Below are positions 9,386 to 19,162 of a DNA stretch of 64,000 nucleotides, in pieces (positions within the stretch are counted from its first letter, which is position 1; each line of letters begins with the position of its first letter). The stretch is taken from assembly GCA_031962025.1 (NCBI GenBank), contig JAVRKW010000006.1; one strand, 5' to 3'. The notes under the pieces were generated by a model, which ran no database searches, had not been told where the DNA came from, and was given only the letters and a program-made list of their open reading frames with translations. Source of the stretch: Pseudothermotoga sp. Its GTDB lineage: Bacteria > Thermotogota > Thermotogae > Thermotogales > DSM-5069. The position numbers and the translations under genes were made by a program.

Positions 9386-10162
9386 TCACCTCTTGAACAG
9401 CAAAAGTGCAAAGAAAAACAGACTCTGGACGACCACTATCATAGAGCCAACCGGAACATCTATCCAGATGGAAGCTGTTATACCGGCAACAACGGTTATA
9501 ATCCCAAAGATCGGTGCAAGGAGAAAAATTCTTCTGAAATCTTTTGCTACGATACTCGCGGCTGCGGTGGGGGTTATCAGGAACGCAGAAACCAAAACGA
9601 CTCCGACAGTTCTCACGGCAATTACTATTGTCGCGGCAAGAATCGCAAGAAAAGTATAATATATCGACTCGGTTTTAACTCCTGTAACCTTGACGAATTC
9701 TCTGTCAAAACTCATGTATATGAGTTTGTCTTTCCACAGGATCGTGAAGACCACCACGATCAGCGATATAACGGCAAGAAGGAACAAATCGTTCCTGGAA
9801 ACAGCCAGTATATCGCCAAACATGTAAGACATGAGGCTACGCCGTTCATTTTTTATGGAAAACAGTATTATCCCGACCGCCATGGATAGGGAAAAGAGTA
9901 TACCGATGCCAGTATCTTCGTGAATACCTTTCTGCGATAGATAACCAAGAACTATTGATACAAAGATGGACAGTAAAAGAGCTGTGAGAAAACTTGAAAA
10001 CCCCAAGACAGTTCCTATCGCCGCCGCGGCAAAGGCAATATGTGCAACACCATCACCAAAAAACGCCATCCTTCTGAGTACAACATGAACTCCCGTCAAC
10101 GATGTGCCGATAACTGTCAGAATGCCAGCCATGAATGCCCTTACAAGAAAATGACTAATCAT
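9386..10162 (-). CDS. Zn/Mn ABC transporter permease (ZnuB-like)
   Basis: VVLRRMAFFGDGVAHIAF, YMFGDIL, VGVVLVSAFLITP; ATG at 10162 taken as start. Confidence 0.9.
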   Translation of the reverse strand: MISHFLVRAFMAGILTVIGTSLTGVHVVLRRMAFFGDGVAHIAFAAAAIGTVLGFSSFLTALLLSIFVSIVLGYLSQKGIHEDTGIGILFSLSMAVGIILFSIKNERRSLMSYMFGDILAVSRNDLFLLAVISLIVVVFTILWKDKLIYMSFDREFVKVTGVKTESIYYTFLAILAATIVIAVRTVGVVLVSAFLITPTAAASIVAKDFRRIFLLAPIFGIITVVAGITASIWIDVPVGSMIVVVQSLFFFALLLFKR

Positions 10163-10895
10163 CTGTCTCACCGTGCCTGTGAACGATTGGTCTAACTCCA
10201 TAACCATAGAGTTTGTCGAAAAACTCTCTGGAGATCTGGAAATTGTCGCATATTTTGTGAGAAAGCATGGTCTGGTTTATGCAGAAAACTCCATCTGAAA
10301 AGTCTATTACAAAACCTATGTCGTGCGTTACCATTAATACAGTCATATTTTCATCTACAAAGCGCTTTATCATTTCATAAAATGCCTTTTGACTGTCCAC
10401 ATCAAGCCCGGTTGTGGGTTCATCGAGTATGAGAAATTTTGGCTTGCAGACCACCGCCCGTGCTATTAAAACCTTCTGCTGCTGACCGATACTGAGCTGT
10501 GAAAAGACTTTCTCAGAAAAATCTATCATTCCGACTTTTTCAAGGGCTTGGGCAACGATTTTTTCCACGTTTTTTTCTTTGCATCTCAAAGCTCCCATTC
10601 TGACGACATCTTTGACTTTTATTGGAAAATTTTCGCGAGCGGGAGAACGCTGAGGAAGATAGCCAATGACTTCTTTTTCAAGGTAACGGTCATTTGGCAT
10701 TCCAAATATCTTTATTTCTCCTTTTAAGGGTTTTATAAGATTGAGTATGCTTTTGACAAGTGTTGTCTTGCCGCCACCATTTGGTCCGACCACTGTGTAA
10801 AGTCCTTTTTGTTCAATAGAGAGATTCACGTCTTTCAGGATTATCTTTTCATCTATTGAGACTGTGAGATCTTGAATTTGTAAGGGATATATCAA
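10155..10895 (-). CDS. Zn/Mn ABC transporter ATP-binding protein (ZnuC-like)
   Basis: GPNGGGKTT, LSIGQQQKVLIARA, LDEPTTG, VTHD; TTG start after AGGAGG. Confidence 0.9.
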   Translation of the reverse strand: MIYPLQIQDLTVSIDEKIILKDVNLSIEQKGLYTVVGPNGGGKTTLVKSILNLIKPLKGEIKIFGMPNDRYLEKEVIGYLPQRSPARENFPIKVKDVVRMGALRCKEKNVEKIVAQALEKVGMIDFSEKVFSQLSIGQQQKVLIARAVVCKPKFLILDEPTTGLDVDSQKAFYEMIKRFVDENMTVLMVTHDIGFVIDFSDGVFCINQTMLSHKICDNFQISREFFDKLYGYGVRPIVHRHGETDD

Positions 10896-10971
10896 AAAAC
10901 TCTCCTCCTTTACCATTTAATTTTATCATCTTGGAGCAAACAGTGTAGAATATTATAAAGGAGGTAAGCAG

Positions 10972-11790
10972 ATGGAACAGATGGACAAATTTGCGCAGAT
11001 CAAGGAAAGGCAAAAAAGGATTGAGGAAAATCTGTCAAAGATCAACCACAAGATCGCAGTTCTCAGTGGAAAAGGTGGCGTTGGTAAAACGACGGTTGCG
11101 GTGAATTTAGCAGTTGCCCTTGCAGAAGAAGGTTTTGAAGTTGGATTAGCCGATCTGGATATACACGGTCCGAATGTCGCCCGCATGCTCGGTTTGAAAG
11201 ATGAACCTGTGATGCAAAACGGTCTTATTTTACCTTTGAAATACCTGACCAATTTAAAGGTGCTTTCGATGGCAATGTTACTCGAGGATGGGCAACCAGT
11301 CGTGTGGAGAGGTCCACTGAAACACACTGTGATTCAGCAATTTCTCGGTGATACTGACTGGGGAAAACTCGATTTTCTCATATTTGATCTGCCTCCAGGA
11401 ACAGGAGACGAGGCACTCAGTCTTTTTCAGATGGTAAAGCTGGACGGAACTGTTATAGTTACAACACCCCAGCGTGTTGCCGTTGACGATGTTGAAAGGG
11501 CTATAAATTTTGTCGGTGAAATGGGGCAGAGGGTGCTCGGATTTGTGACCAATATGTCTTATCTGATCTGCCCGAATTGTGGCACAAAGATCAAGCCATT
11601 TGGAGAAGGAGTAGTGAATGAGCTGGTGCAAATAACAGGTGTTCAGTGTCTGGGCGAGATACCAATGGATCCGACGGTGGCTCAATATTCAGATGCAGGT
11701 AAGCCGGTCGTCTCTTTTCTAAGAGGTTCTGAAGCTGAAAAAAGTTTCAGGTCACTTGTTGAAAAAGTGCTTTCAGCAATTGGAGGCTGA
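10972..11790 (+). CDS. Mrp/ApbC/NBP35 Fe-S cluster carrier ATPase
   Basis: SGKGGVGKTT, DLDIHGP, VVWRGP, DLPPGTGD, CPNC. Confidence 0.93.
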   Translation: MEQMDKFAQIKERQKRIEENLSKINHKIAVLSGKGGVGKTTVAVNLAVALAEEGFEVGLADLDIHGPNVARMLGLKDEPVMQNGLILPLKYLTNLKVLSMAMLLEDGQPVVWRGPLKHTVIQQFLGDTDWGKLDFLIFDLPPGTGDEALSLFQMVKLDGTVIVTTPQRVAVDDVERAINFVGEMGQRVLGFVTNMSYLICPNCGTKIKPFGEGVVNELVQITGVQCLGEIPMDPTVAQYSDAGKPVVSFLRGSEAEKSFRSLVEKVLSAIGG

Positions 11791-11813
11791 TCAAAATACA
11801 CTTCTTTGCACCT

Positions 11814-12914
11814 TTGAATCACTTTGTATCAGATTTTTATGTTTCTTTTTTGACGCCTCTTGCACCGTATTTTATGCAAAAATATCATGTGAATGCGAAA
11901 CAGATCGCTCTATTCATAACCGTGATTTCTTTTATCTCATCCATCTTTCAAATCTTTTTTGGTGCATTGTCTGATAAAATTCAAAACAGATTCAGGTTCA
12001 TGTACATTTCAACGGTCGTAACGGTTTTGTTTATAAGCGTGATTGAATTTGCGCCGAATATATCAGTACTGTTTGTATTTTTTATAATAGCTTTTTTTGC
12101 CAATTCTGCCTTTCATCCAGCCGGTGCCGCGGCTGCACATGGTCTGTCTGAAAAGTCGATGCCATTTTTTGTTGCCGCCGGAACTCTTGGCGCCGCTGCT
12201 GGTCCTGTCTTTGTGACTCTTTTTTCATCAAAAGTTGGGCTTGAATTTCTGTGGCTGGTCAGTTTGCCTGTGCTTGCTGTAATGGCATTTATGATGAAAT
12301 CCGAGCCAAAATTGAGCTACAATCACGATCACCAGGCTGTGAAAGTCAGTTCACAGCAAAAGAAACTGCTATTTTATCTGTGGTTTGTGGTCAGTATGAG
12401 AACTCTGGTCATGTCTATTGCTCATCTTTATGCTCCAATTGTTTCCACACAGAAGGGTTTTTCAATAGTTTTTGGAGGATCGCTGCTCTCGGCAGGCATA
12501 GCAGTTGGAGTGTTTACAACCATGCTGGGTTCCTGGATGAGTAAAAGATTCGGCAATACTGTCACAAATCTTGTCAGTTTTCTTGGCATGGGTGGTGCTC
12601 TTTTGGCTTTTGCCGGTGCATCGAATATGCTACTCATGATGATGAGTTATGTTCTAATAGACGCCTTTGGCTATCTGACCATGTCTTCAAATCTATCGCA
12701 GGCTCAAATAACCTTACCCAATCACACTTCTTTTGCTTCATCCATAGTCATGGGATTTGCATGGGCTTGTGGCACAGGTCTAAGGGTTTTTGTGATACTT
12801 CCGTTTGGAGACAGCATTAACGTTCTGGTTTATTTCACAGCCCTGATATCCTTTCTGGTGGCTTTTGTTGTTTTCTTAGGGGGGAGAAAGCTGTGCCTTT
12901 TCAGAAAGGTTTAG
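11814..12914 (+). CDS. MFS transporter (Fsr-like); true start may be slightly upstream
   Basis: HFVSDFY, QIFFGALSDK, SAFHPAG; many hydrophobic helices. Confidence 0.85.
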   Translation: MNHFVSDFYVSFLTPLAPYFMQKYHVNAKQIALFITVISFISSIFQIFFGALSDKIQNRFRFMYISTVVTVLFISVIEFAPNISVLFVFFIIAFFANSAFHPAGAAAAHGLSEKSMPFFVAAGTLGAAAGPVFVTLFSSKVGLEFLWLVSLPVLAVMAFMMKSEPKLSYNHDHQAVKVSSQQKKLLFYLWFVVSMRTLVMSIAHLYAPIVSTQKGFSIVFGGSLLSAGIAVGVFTTMLGSWMSKRFGNTVTNLVSFLGMGGALLAFAGASNMLLMMMSYVLIDAFGYLTMSSNLSQAQITLPNHTSFASSIVMGFAWACGTGLRVFVILPFGDSINVLVYFTALISFLVAFVVFLGGRKLCLFRKV

Positions 12915-13918
12915 AGCCAAAAAGGTTAGCAATGTACTTTACGCTTATCTATACAGCAATCTTTGTGGTTCTCTTTGTGCTGTATAAAAATTTCTTCAAC
13001 ACGCTTTTGTTCACCTTTATCGCAGTTATGGTTGTGGATGCAGTGGCTGGTCTTATCAAGAAAATCTTCAAGATTTCTAAAAAACTGTCAATCATTATCT
13101 CGCTTGTGATTTGTTTTTCCGTGTTTATCTGGGGCCTTGTAACAATCATTCCAAGTGCATTCACGCAGTTTGCCGATTTTTATACGCTGATCGCAGACAT
13201 AATTGAAAAAAGAGCGTGGGAACAGTATATACAGAACAACAACGAGCTTTTGAAGATGCTGAACGGTATAGTGGATTTCATAAAACCGGGCATCAATCAG
13301 CTTGCAAATTATCTTTTGAGAGTGATTGCGTCCAAAATCCCCGGTGCACTGGTTGTGCTGTTCTTCACAATACTTGGTATCATCTATGTCTCTCTGTATT
13401 CGAGCAAGATAACTCGAGTTATACCGCTTATGTACCCGAAAAAATGTAGAGAGCAGATTAACGAGTTTGTGGAAGAACTCAAGATGAATATGCGCCGATT
13501 CATCAGCGTTATTACCCTGAATGCGATAATAGTTGGCGCTGCGTTCTTTTTACTGTTCAGGATCATGAACATATCCTATGCCCCACTGATAGCCTTCTGG
13601 GCTTTTTTGACAAATTTTATACCGATCGTTGGTGTTATCTTCGAGTTCATTCCTGTTTTTCTGTTTTCTCTGTCTTTGGGATTACAGGGCATGCTCTGGG
13701 TAGTCTTTTTCTCTGTTTTGATACATCTTGGTGTTTTCGTGCTGTTTTTTGAAATCATGAAAGGCTATGCCAGAGTTAATCCCGTTTTGATGATCTTTTC
13801 AATCTTACTCACAGGCGAGATCTTTGGACCGGTTGGTGTGTTTTTCGGTGTGCCAGCGGCTGTCTTTGCAGTTGTTTTTTATAAACAATTTCTCTACCCG
13901 CAGTTTGAAAGGGATTGA
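12893..13918 (+). CDS. AI-2E family transporter
   Basis: AFLTNFIPIVG, VNPVLMIFSILLTGEIFGPVGVFFGVP. Confidence 0.85.
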   Translation: MPFQKGLEPKRLAMYFTLIYTAIFVVLFVLYKNFFNTLLFTFIAVMVVDAVAGLIKKIFKISKKLSIIISLVICFSVFIWGLVTIIPSAFTQFADFYTLIADIIEKRAWEQYIQNNNELLKMLNGIVDFIKPGINQLANYLLRVIASKIPGALVVLFFTILGIIYVSLYSSKITRVIPLMYPKKCREQINEFVEELKMNMRRFISVITLNAIIVGAAFFLLFRIMNISYAPLIAFWAFLTNFIPIVGVIFEFIPVFLFSLSLGLQGMLWVVFFSVLIHLGVFVLFFEIMKGYARVNPVLMIFSILLTGEIFGPVGVFFGVPAAVFAVVFYKQFLYPQFERD

Positions 13919-15084
13919 TAATGAGGTATGCCGTTTTGATCTCGCTCATTTTCTGGTCCCTTTTCTTTGCGGGGACGATTGATCAAATTGGTAAAGATCC
14001 AGAACAGAGCTGGCAGGAATTGATAGCTCTGATCAAAAAAGATCCGGATTCTCAATTGATTTTCTCTGAGGGACCGCGGATAGCTGCCAAAAGACGTCTT
14101 GCGCATTTTGACGCATTAAGACAGGCTGTTGTCAGCGAGAATTTTGACCAGTTTATAAAAGACATGTCCAGTTGTCTGGATCTTCAAGTAGATCTTGTAA
14201 AAGAGCTTTTGCTGGTTTTTCCACAGTTAGAAGATCATGTTAGAAGGTTTGAAAACGGTGATTTTCAAGAAATAGCCTTCATAAAAAGTCTGTGGAAAGT
14301 GGGGTTGCGCGTAACTGCTCCGACAGATTTTGGGAAATGGCTTGTTGAGAATTTTCTGAAAGATCCCTACCTGCTGGACTGGAACCTGGTTGGATTGATC
14401 AAAACTTCCAGGAATTTTTCAGAAATTTCCCAGCAGATAACCCAGACCTGCCTTTTGCACCAGAATGAAGAGTCATCTTTCCCTTCTCTGTACAGACTTC
14501 TTGAGGTTGCAAATCAATTTGAGACAAGTAATCCTGTGCAATTTGCCGTTGAACTGAAATCGTACATGGAATTACTTAACACAGTAAACAGGTTAGAGCC
14601 GTCTCGAATAGATTCTTTTGAACTGTCCAAGGTCATCTTACAATTTGATCAGCTATCACTGCCAAAAGAAGAAATCAGAAAAAGGCTGCTTTTTTTAATA
14701 GAGAACGCCAAGAAATTTGGTGTGAAATTTGACCAGATCCAATCAAAAGACAAGAACATTAACAGTTCTCTCAAACAACACAGTACTGCTGTCAAGGAAA
14801 GAAAGTTCTTTTTGATCTGGATCGTTTTCTGGGTTGCAGTCTTTTTCATTATCCTGGCTATAGATAAAATCAGACTCAGTGTATTGATTGCACTTGGAAT
14901 GAAAAAAGCTGCCGTTAAGACGTGTAAAAGAATTCTGCAAAGAGAACCATCAGATCTGAAAACTCGATCGAAGCTGGCAATGCTTTATGAGCAACTGGGT
15001 GATGTCAATCAGGCAATAAAGGAATACCAGTGTATAAAAGATTTGAGCAAAATGCTCAGATCACAGGATAAAGAAAAAAATTGA
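13915..15084 (+). CDS. Membrane-anchored protein with signal peptide, TM helix and C-terminal TPR
   Basis: N-terminal hydrophobic segment, TM FFLIWIVFWVAVFFIILAI, TPR-like KLAMLYEQLGDVNQAIKEY. Confidence 0.7.
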   Translation: MIMRYAVLISLIFWSLFFAGTIDQIGKDPEQSWQELIALIKKDPDSQLIFSEGPRIAAKRRLAHFDALRQAVVSENFDQFIKDMSSCLDLQVDLVKELLLVFPQLEDHVRRFENGDFQEIAFIKSLWKVGLRVTAPTDFGKWLVENFLKDPYLLDWNLVGLIKTSRNFSEISQQITQTCLLHQNEESSFPSLYRLLEVANQFETSNPVQFAVELKSYMELLNTVNRLEPSRIDSFELSKVILQFDQLSLPKEEIRKRLLFLIENAKKFGVKFDQIQSKDKNINSSLKQHSTAVKERKFFLIWIVFWVAVFFIILAIDKIRLSVLIALGMKKAAVKTCKRILQREPSDLKTRSKLAMLYEQLGDVNQAIKEYQCIKDLSKMLRSQDKEKN

Positions 15085-15085
15085 C

Positions 15086-16513
15086 TCAGTCATCGTGTTG
15101 CGAGATTTCCGATGTCTTTGCATTAACTTTCAGAGCGGTTTTTCTTGCGGTTTTCTCCCATCTGCCGGTTAGATAGAACACCAACTTAACCAGACTTCTG
15201 AATATTATATCTATTATCATGCCAATCCATGCTCCAAGTAATCCCATCCTGAAATGAGCCACAAGAAAATATCCAACTGGTAGTCTGATGAACCACATTG
15301 CGAATGCAATTGTGAACATCGGAAAGGATGTGTTTCCTGTACCCCTTAAAGCACCGTTCATTGAATAATCAATTGCCAGAAAAGCCTGAACTAAGCCTAT
15401 GAATCTAACAGGTAACTCAGCCATAGTTATTATTTGCAGGTCATTTGTAAAAAGCCTTATCAAGAGCTCTGGAAATGCAAAGATGAATAATCCAACTGAT
15501 ATCTGGAAAATCGATGTGAGAATCCAGCCCTGGCGAACGACCCCGGCTATCCTTTTAAAATCTGCTTTGCCGTTGTACCTACCCACGAGTGTTGTTATTG
15601 CAACAGAGATTCCCATTCCGGGCATGAAAGAGATCGACTCGATATTTATACCAACCCTGTGAGCCGCATAGGCTTTCGATCCAGCCAAAAGCAGTATATT
15701 TGCAAAAATAAGCAACCCTGTGGAAAATAACATGTTCTCACCGGCAGTTGGCAGACCAACCGATAGAATACTTTTGATCGTCGACAGATCGAATTTTCTG
15801 CCTTTTTTGTCTTTTGCATACAGAGTATAGCTTTTGAAAACAGCTACGAACAGTAAAATAACACCCACTAAACGCGATAGCACAGTTGCAAGTGCTGCAC
15901 CTTTTGTTTCAAGTCTTGGTAAACCGAATTTTCCAAAGATCATCGCATAATCCAGAAACACATTCAAACTGTTCGAAATTGCCGCGACTATCATTGGAGT
16001 TTTTGTATCCCCAGCACCTCTTAAAGCCGCACCAAGGGTTCCCATTAATGACATCGTGAGTATACCGAGCAGTATTATCCTTAAATAATCCACACCTGAT
16101 TCGTACACCTGCCGATCGACATTGGGGAAAATTTTTAAGATCACCGGTACCAGCGGTACGAAAAACATCATCATCAATCCCCAGATAGTTGCAAGGTACA
16201 AACCGTTCCAGAGAGTTTTAGATATCATCCGATGATTTCTCGCGCCGATGGCATTTGATACCAGTACTGTGACACCTGTTGATGCAGCTATGAGAATGAT
16301 CTGAAATATGAAGAATATCTGATTTGCGAGTGAAACCCCACTCATCGCCTGCCATGAAAGGTGACCCAGAAAAGCCGTATCAACCAATCCAAGGAGCATC
16401 TGCAATGCATTTTCAGCCATAGACGGCAGACCGAGAGCCAAAAGCTCTCTTTGAATTTCTCTTGCCTGACTTTTTGTGAGATACTGTTTGAATAGAGAGT
16501 ATTTCAACTTCAA
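15086..16513 (-). CDS. MATE family efflux transporter
   Basis: LGLVDTAFLGHL, LRGAGDTKTPM, LNVFLDYAMIFG, GAALAT. Confidence 0.93.
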   Translation of the reverse strand: MKLKYSLFKQYLTKSQAREIQRELLALGLPSMAENALQMLLGLVDTAFLGHLSWQAMSGVSLANQIFFIFQIILIAASTGVTVLVSNAIGARNHRMISKTLWNGLYLATIWGLMMMFFVPLVPVILKIFPNVDRQVYESGVDYLRIILLGILTMSLMGTLGAALRGAGDTKTPMIVAAISNSLNVFLDYAMIFGKFGLPRLETKGAALATVLSRLVGVILLFVAVFKSYTLYAKDKKGRKFDLSTIKSILSVGLPTAGENMLFSTGLLIFANILLLAGSKAYAAHRVGINIESISFMPGMGISVAITTLVGRYNGKADFKRIAGVVRQGWILTSIFQISVGLFIFAFPELLIRLFTNDLQIITMAELPVRFIGLVQAFLAIDYSMNGALRGTGNTSFPMFTIAFAMWFIRLPVGYFLVAHFRMGLLGAWIGMIIDIIFRSLVKLVFYLTGRWEKTARKTALKVNAKTSEISQHDD

Positions 16514-16632
16514 ACCTCCATTAGAGTGAATAACACTTATTGGTTTCGAATTTAGTTCGCGTTCGTAACTTTTTGTGTCCGTGCTGTGTCAAAATCTGTC
16601 CATTCATCGTATACTTTTTCAGGGGGTATTCA

Positions 16633-17199
16633 ATGGGTGGCTATTACAGCACCAAGGATCAGCAGATAAAAATAGAGAATGACTTTGATGCGGATAGAAT
16701 ACTTGTAATATGCACGGGCGGCGATGATTTGTTCACAAAAATCCTCAAACAAAGGGCGATTCTGGTTACACCAGATGAGGAACTTATGAAAGGAGCTGAT
16801 CCAAAATCACTGAGAATTCTCATGAATCCACTTAAACTGTCTTTTGCCCCTGAATCATTTGATATGGTTATCTGTTTTTTCACTTTTTTCTACCTTCCAA
16901 AACACAAAGCTATCTTTGAGAATGTCAGTTATGTTTTAAAAAGATGGGGAAGGTTATTGATATGGGATGCAACTATTCCAAAAAAGATCGGTCATAAGAG
17001 TTTTTTTGCTGTCCCCGTTTTGATAGACAGTGGTTTTGAGGTAATCAAAACCGTGCATGTGACAAAATGGAAATTCGAGCAAAATTCCGGTTTTATCAAA
17101 AAAATAGCACGTGAAAATGGTTTCAAGCTTCTCAAAGAAGAAATTTACGATCAGATTTTTCATCTGGAGTTTTCCAAGATAGCTGAGATTAAAAGATGA
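16633..17199 (+). CDS. SAM-dependent methyltransferase-like protein
   Basis: SFAPESFDMVICFFTFFY, VLKRWGRLLIWD; degenerate motif I. ATG follows AGGGGGT. Confidence 0.65.
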   Translation: MGGYYSTKDQQIKIENDFDADRILVICTGGDDLFTKILKQRAILVTPDEELMKGADPKSLRILMNPLKLSFAPESFDMVICFFTFFYLPKHKAIFENVSYVLKRWGRLLIWDATIPKKIGHKSFFAVPVLIDSGFEVIKTVHVTKWKFEQNSGFIKKIARENGFKLLKEEIYDQIFHLEFSKIAEIKR

Positions 17200-18513
17200 T
17201 TACACCATGCTGGAGAGTTTGAGAAGTTGATTTATCGTTTGCTCGTATGTCGGTTTTTCATCTATTCCCTGCTTGAGAAAATCGTTTATAGGACCTATCA
17301 TTTTTATTGCGTTGTCTATCTGTGGATTTGATCCGTTCTTGTATGCACCCACATCTATAAGGTCTTTGGCTTCATAATAAACTGCCATCAGGCTGCGCAA
17401 TTTTTTACTGGCTTCTATGTGGTCTTTGCTTGCTATGTCTATCATCAACCTGCTCACACTGGCAAGGACGTCTATTGCAGGATAGTGGTTTAATTCTGCC
17501 AGTCTTCTGGAAAGCATTATGTGACCATCGACAACACTTCTAACCGTATCGGAAATTGGTTCGTTGAAGTCATCGGCTTCGACAAGGACCGTGTATATCG
17601 CTGTGATGCTTCCTTTATCTGAATTTCCGGCTCTTTCCAGTATCCCCGGTATGCCGGCAAAAACGCTTGGTGGATATCCCCTTGCGGTTGGAGGTTCTCC
17701 AATTGCAAGACCTATTTCTCTTTGAGCCATAGCCCAGCGCGTCAGAGAATCCACCATCAAGAGTACATCCAGACCCATGTCACGAAAGTACTCTGCAATA
17801 CTCGTCGCAGTGTATAAAGCTTTCGCCCTCATCAACGCAGGCTGATCAGAGGTTGAGACGATTACCACCGATTTTTCAATACCTTTTGCAAGATCTTTTT
17901 CTATGAATTCTCTGACCTCTCTGCCTCTTTCGCCTATCAGAGCGATGACATTTACATCGGCAACGGTGTTTCTTGCTATCATTCCAAGGAGTGTACTTTT
18001 TCCAACACCGCTTCCTGCAAAAATTCCTATTCTCTGTCCCTTGCCTATGGTTATAAAGCCGTCTATTGCGCGGACGCCTACCGGCAGAGGTTCGACGATC
18101 CTCGCCCTTTTCAAAGGGTGAGGTGCACTGTTGATCAGTGGATATCTGTGTTTGGTCAGCAGGGGTTTTCCATCGATAGGTCTTCCAAGACCGTCAAGTA
18201 CTCTGCCTTTCATCTGGTCTGAGACCGGCACATCTAATCGCTTGCCGGTTTTGTAGATCACCGTTCCGTGTTTTGCCCCTGACAGATCTTCGAGCGGCAT
18301 GAGCAGGACTCTTCCATCTTTGAATCCCACAACTTCGCAAAGCGGTTGTTTACCATTCAGATTCAGTTTGCATACTTCTCCAAGGAACGCATCTGGTCCG
18401 ATTGATTCAACGGTCAATCCAACAATACGGCTTACCTTGCCGTTGATTTTTAGAAAGTCTTCCTGCTCGATCCTGTTTTTGAGTAGCTCTAAAATCTCAA
18501 GAGGATCGCTCAT
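17200..18513 (-). CDS. fliI: Flagellar export ATPase
   Basis: GQRIGIFAGSGVGKSTLLGM, IGERGREV, DSLTRWAMAQRE. Confidence 0.96.
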   Translation of the reverse strand: MSDPLEILELLKNRIEQEDFLKINGKVSRIVGLTVESIGPDAFLGEVCKLNLNGKQPLCEVVGFKDGRVLLMPLEDLSGAKHGTVIYKTGKRLDVPVSDQMKGRVLDGLGRPIDGKPLLTKHRYPLINSAPHPLKRARIVEPLPVGVRAIDGFITIGKGQRIGIFAGSGVGKSTLLGMIARNTVADVNVIALIGERGREVREFIEKDLAKGIEKSVVIVSTSDQPALMRAKALYTATSIAEYFRDMGLDVLLMVDSLTRWAMAQREIGLAIGEPPTARGYPPSVFAGIPGILERAGNSDKGSITAIYTVLVEADDFNEPISDTVRSVVDGHIMLSRRLAELNHYPAIDVLASVSRLMIDIASKDHIEASKKLRSLMAVYYEAKDLIDVGAYKNGSNPQIDNAIKMIGPINDFLKQGIDEKPTYEQTINQLLKLSSMV

Positions 18514-19162
18514 GCCCGAAGACCTCCTCAAGAATCTGGTCCACGATTTCGATCGCATACTGATTGGTACCGTCTATGAGACCGATCTCGGTGTCCACGA
18601 TGATGTCTCCACGTTTCAAAGTTGCTGATTTGACGACTTCTGCGCCAATGGATTTGAATTGTTCTACAAGCTGGGGGAAATCTTCAAAGTCGTTTGCATT
18701 CATGGTAACTCTGATGTTGCTCATACCTACGATTCTGTTCAGAATGTTCTGAATTTTCTCCTGATAGTTTACCCTGTCTATCTCTTTATAGGTTATCTTT
18801 TTCACCAGGATGTACAGAACATCCGTTAGTTGATGGGAAATATCACTGACTTTTGATCTGAGCTGTTTTTGGAATTCCTCCGCGATTTTGTTGAGTATCT
18901 GGCTCGTGATTTTAATTTGATTCTGCACAGTTAGAGCTTCTTTTTTTGCGTTTTCCAAGATACTCTGAGCTTCTTTTTTTGCGTTTTCAACTATTTTTTG
19001 AGCGTGAGTTTGTGCATCGTTGATTATCTGCTCGGCTTGCCTGTGTGCATTGTTCAGTTCTTGCTCGGCTTTTTTGAGGAATTCTGCCGGATCCTGAACG
19101 GTTTTTGCCTGGCTCAATACACAGGGGCTGTCTATAAAAAGCTGGCGTTTTTTGATGATCAC
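18497..19162 (-). CDS. fliH: Flagellar assembly protein FliH
   Basis: Coiled-coil N-half, GDIIVDTEIGLIDG; sits between fliG and fliI. Confidence 0.85.
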   Translation of the reverse strand: MIIKKRQLFIDSPCVLSQAKTVQDPAEFLKKAEQELNNAHRQAEQIINDAQTHAQKIVENAKKEAQSILENAKKEALTVQNQIKITSQILNKIAEEFQKQLRSKVSDISHQLTDVLYILVKKITYKEIDRVNYQEKIQNILNRIVGMSNIRVTMNANDFEDFPQLVEQFKSIGAEVVKSATLKRGDIIVDTEIGLIDGTNQYAIEIVDQILEEVFGHERSS

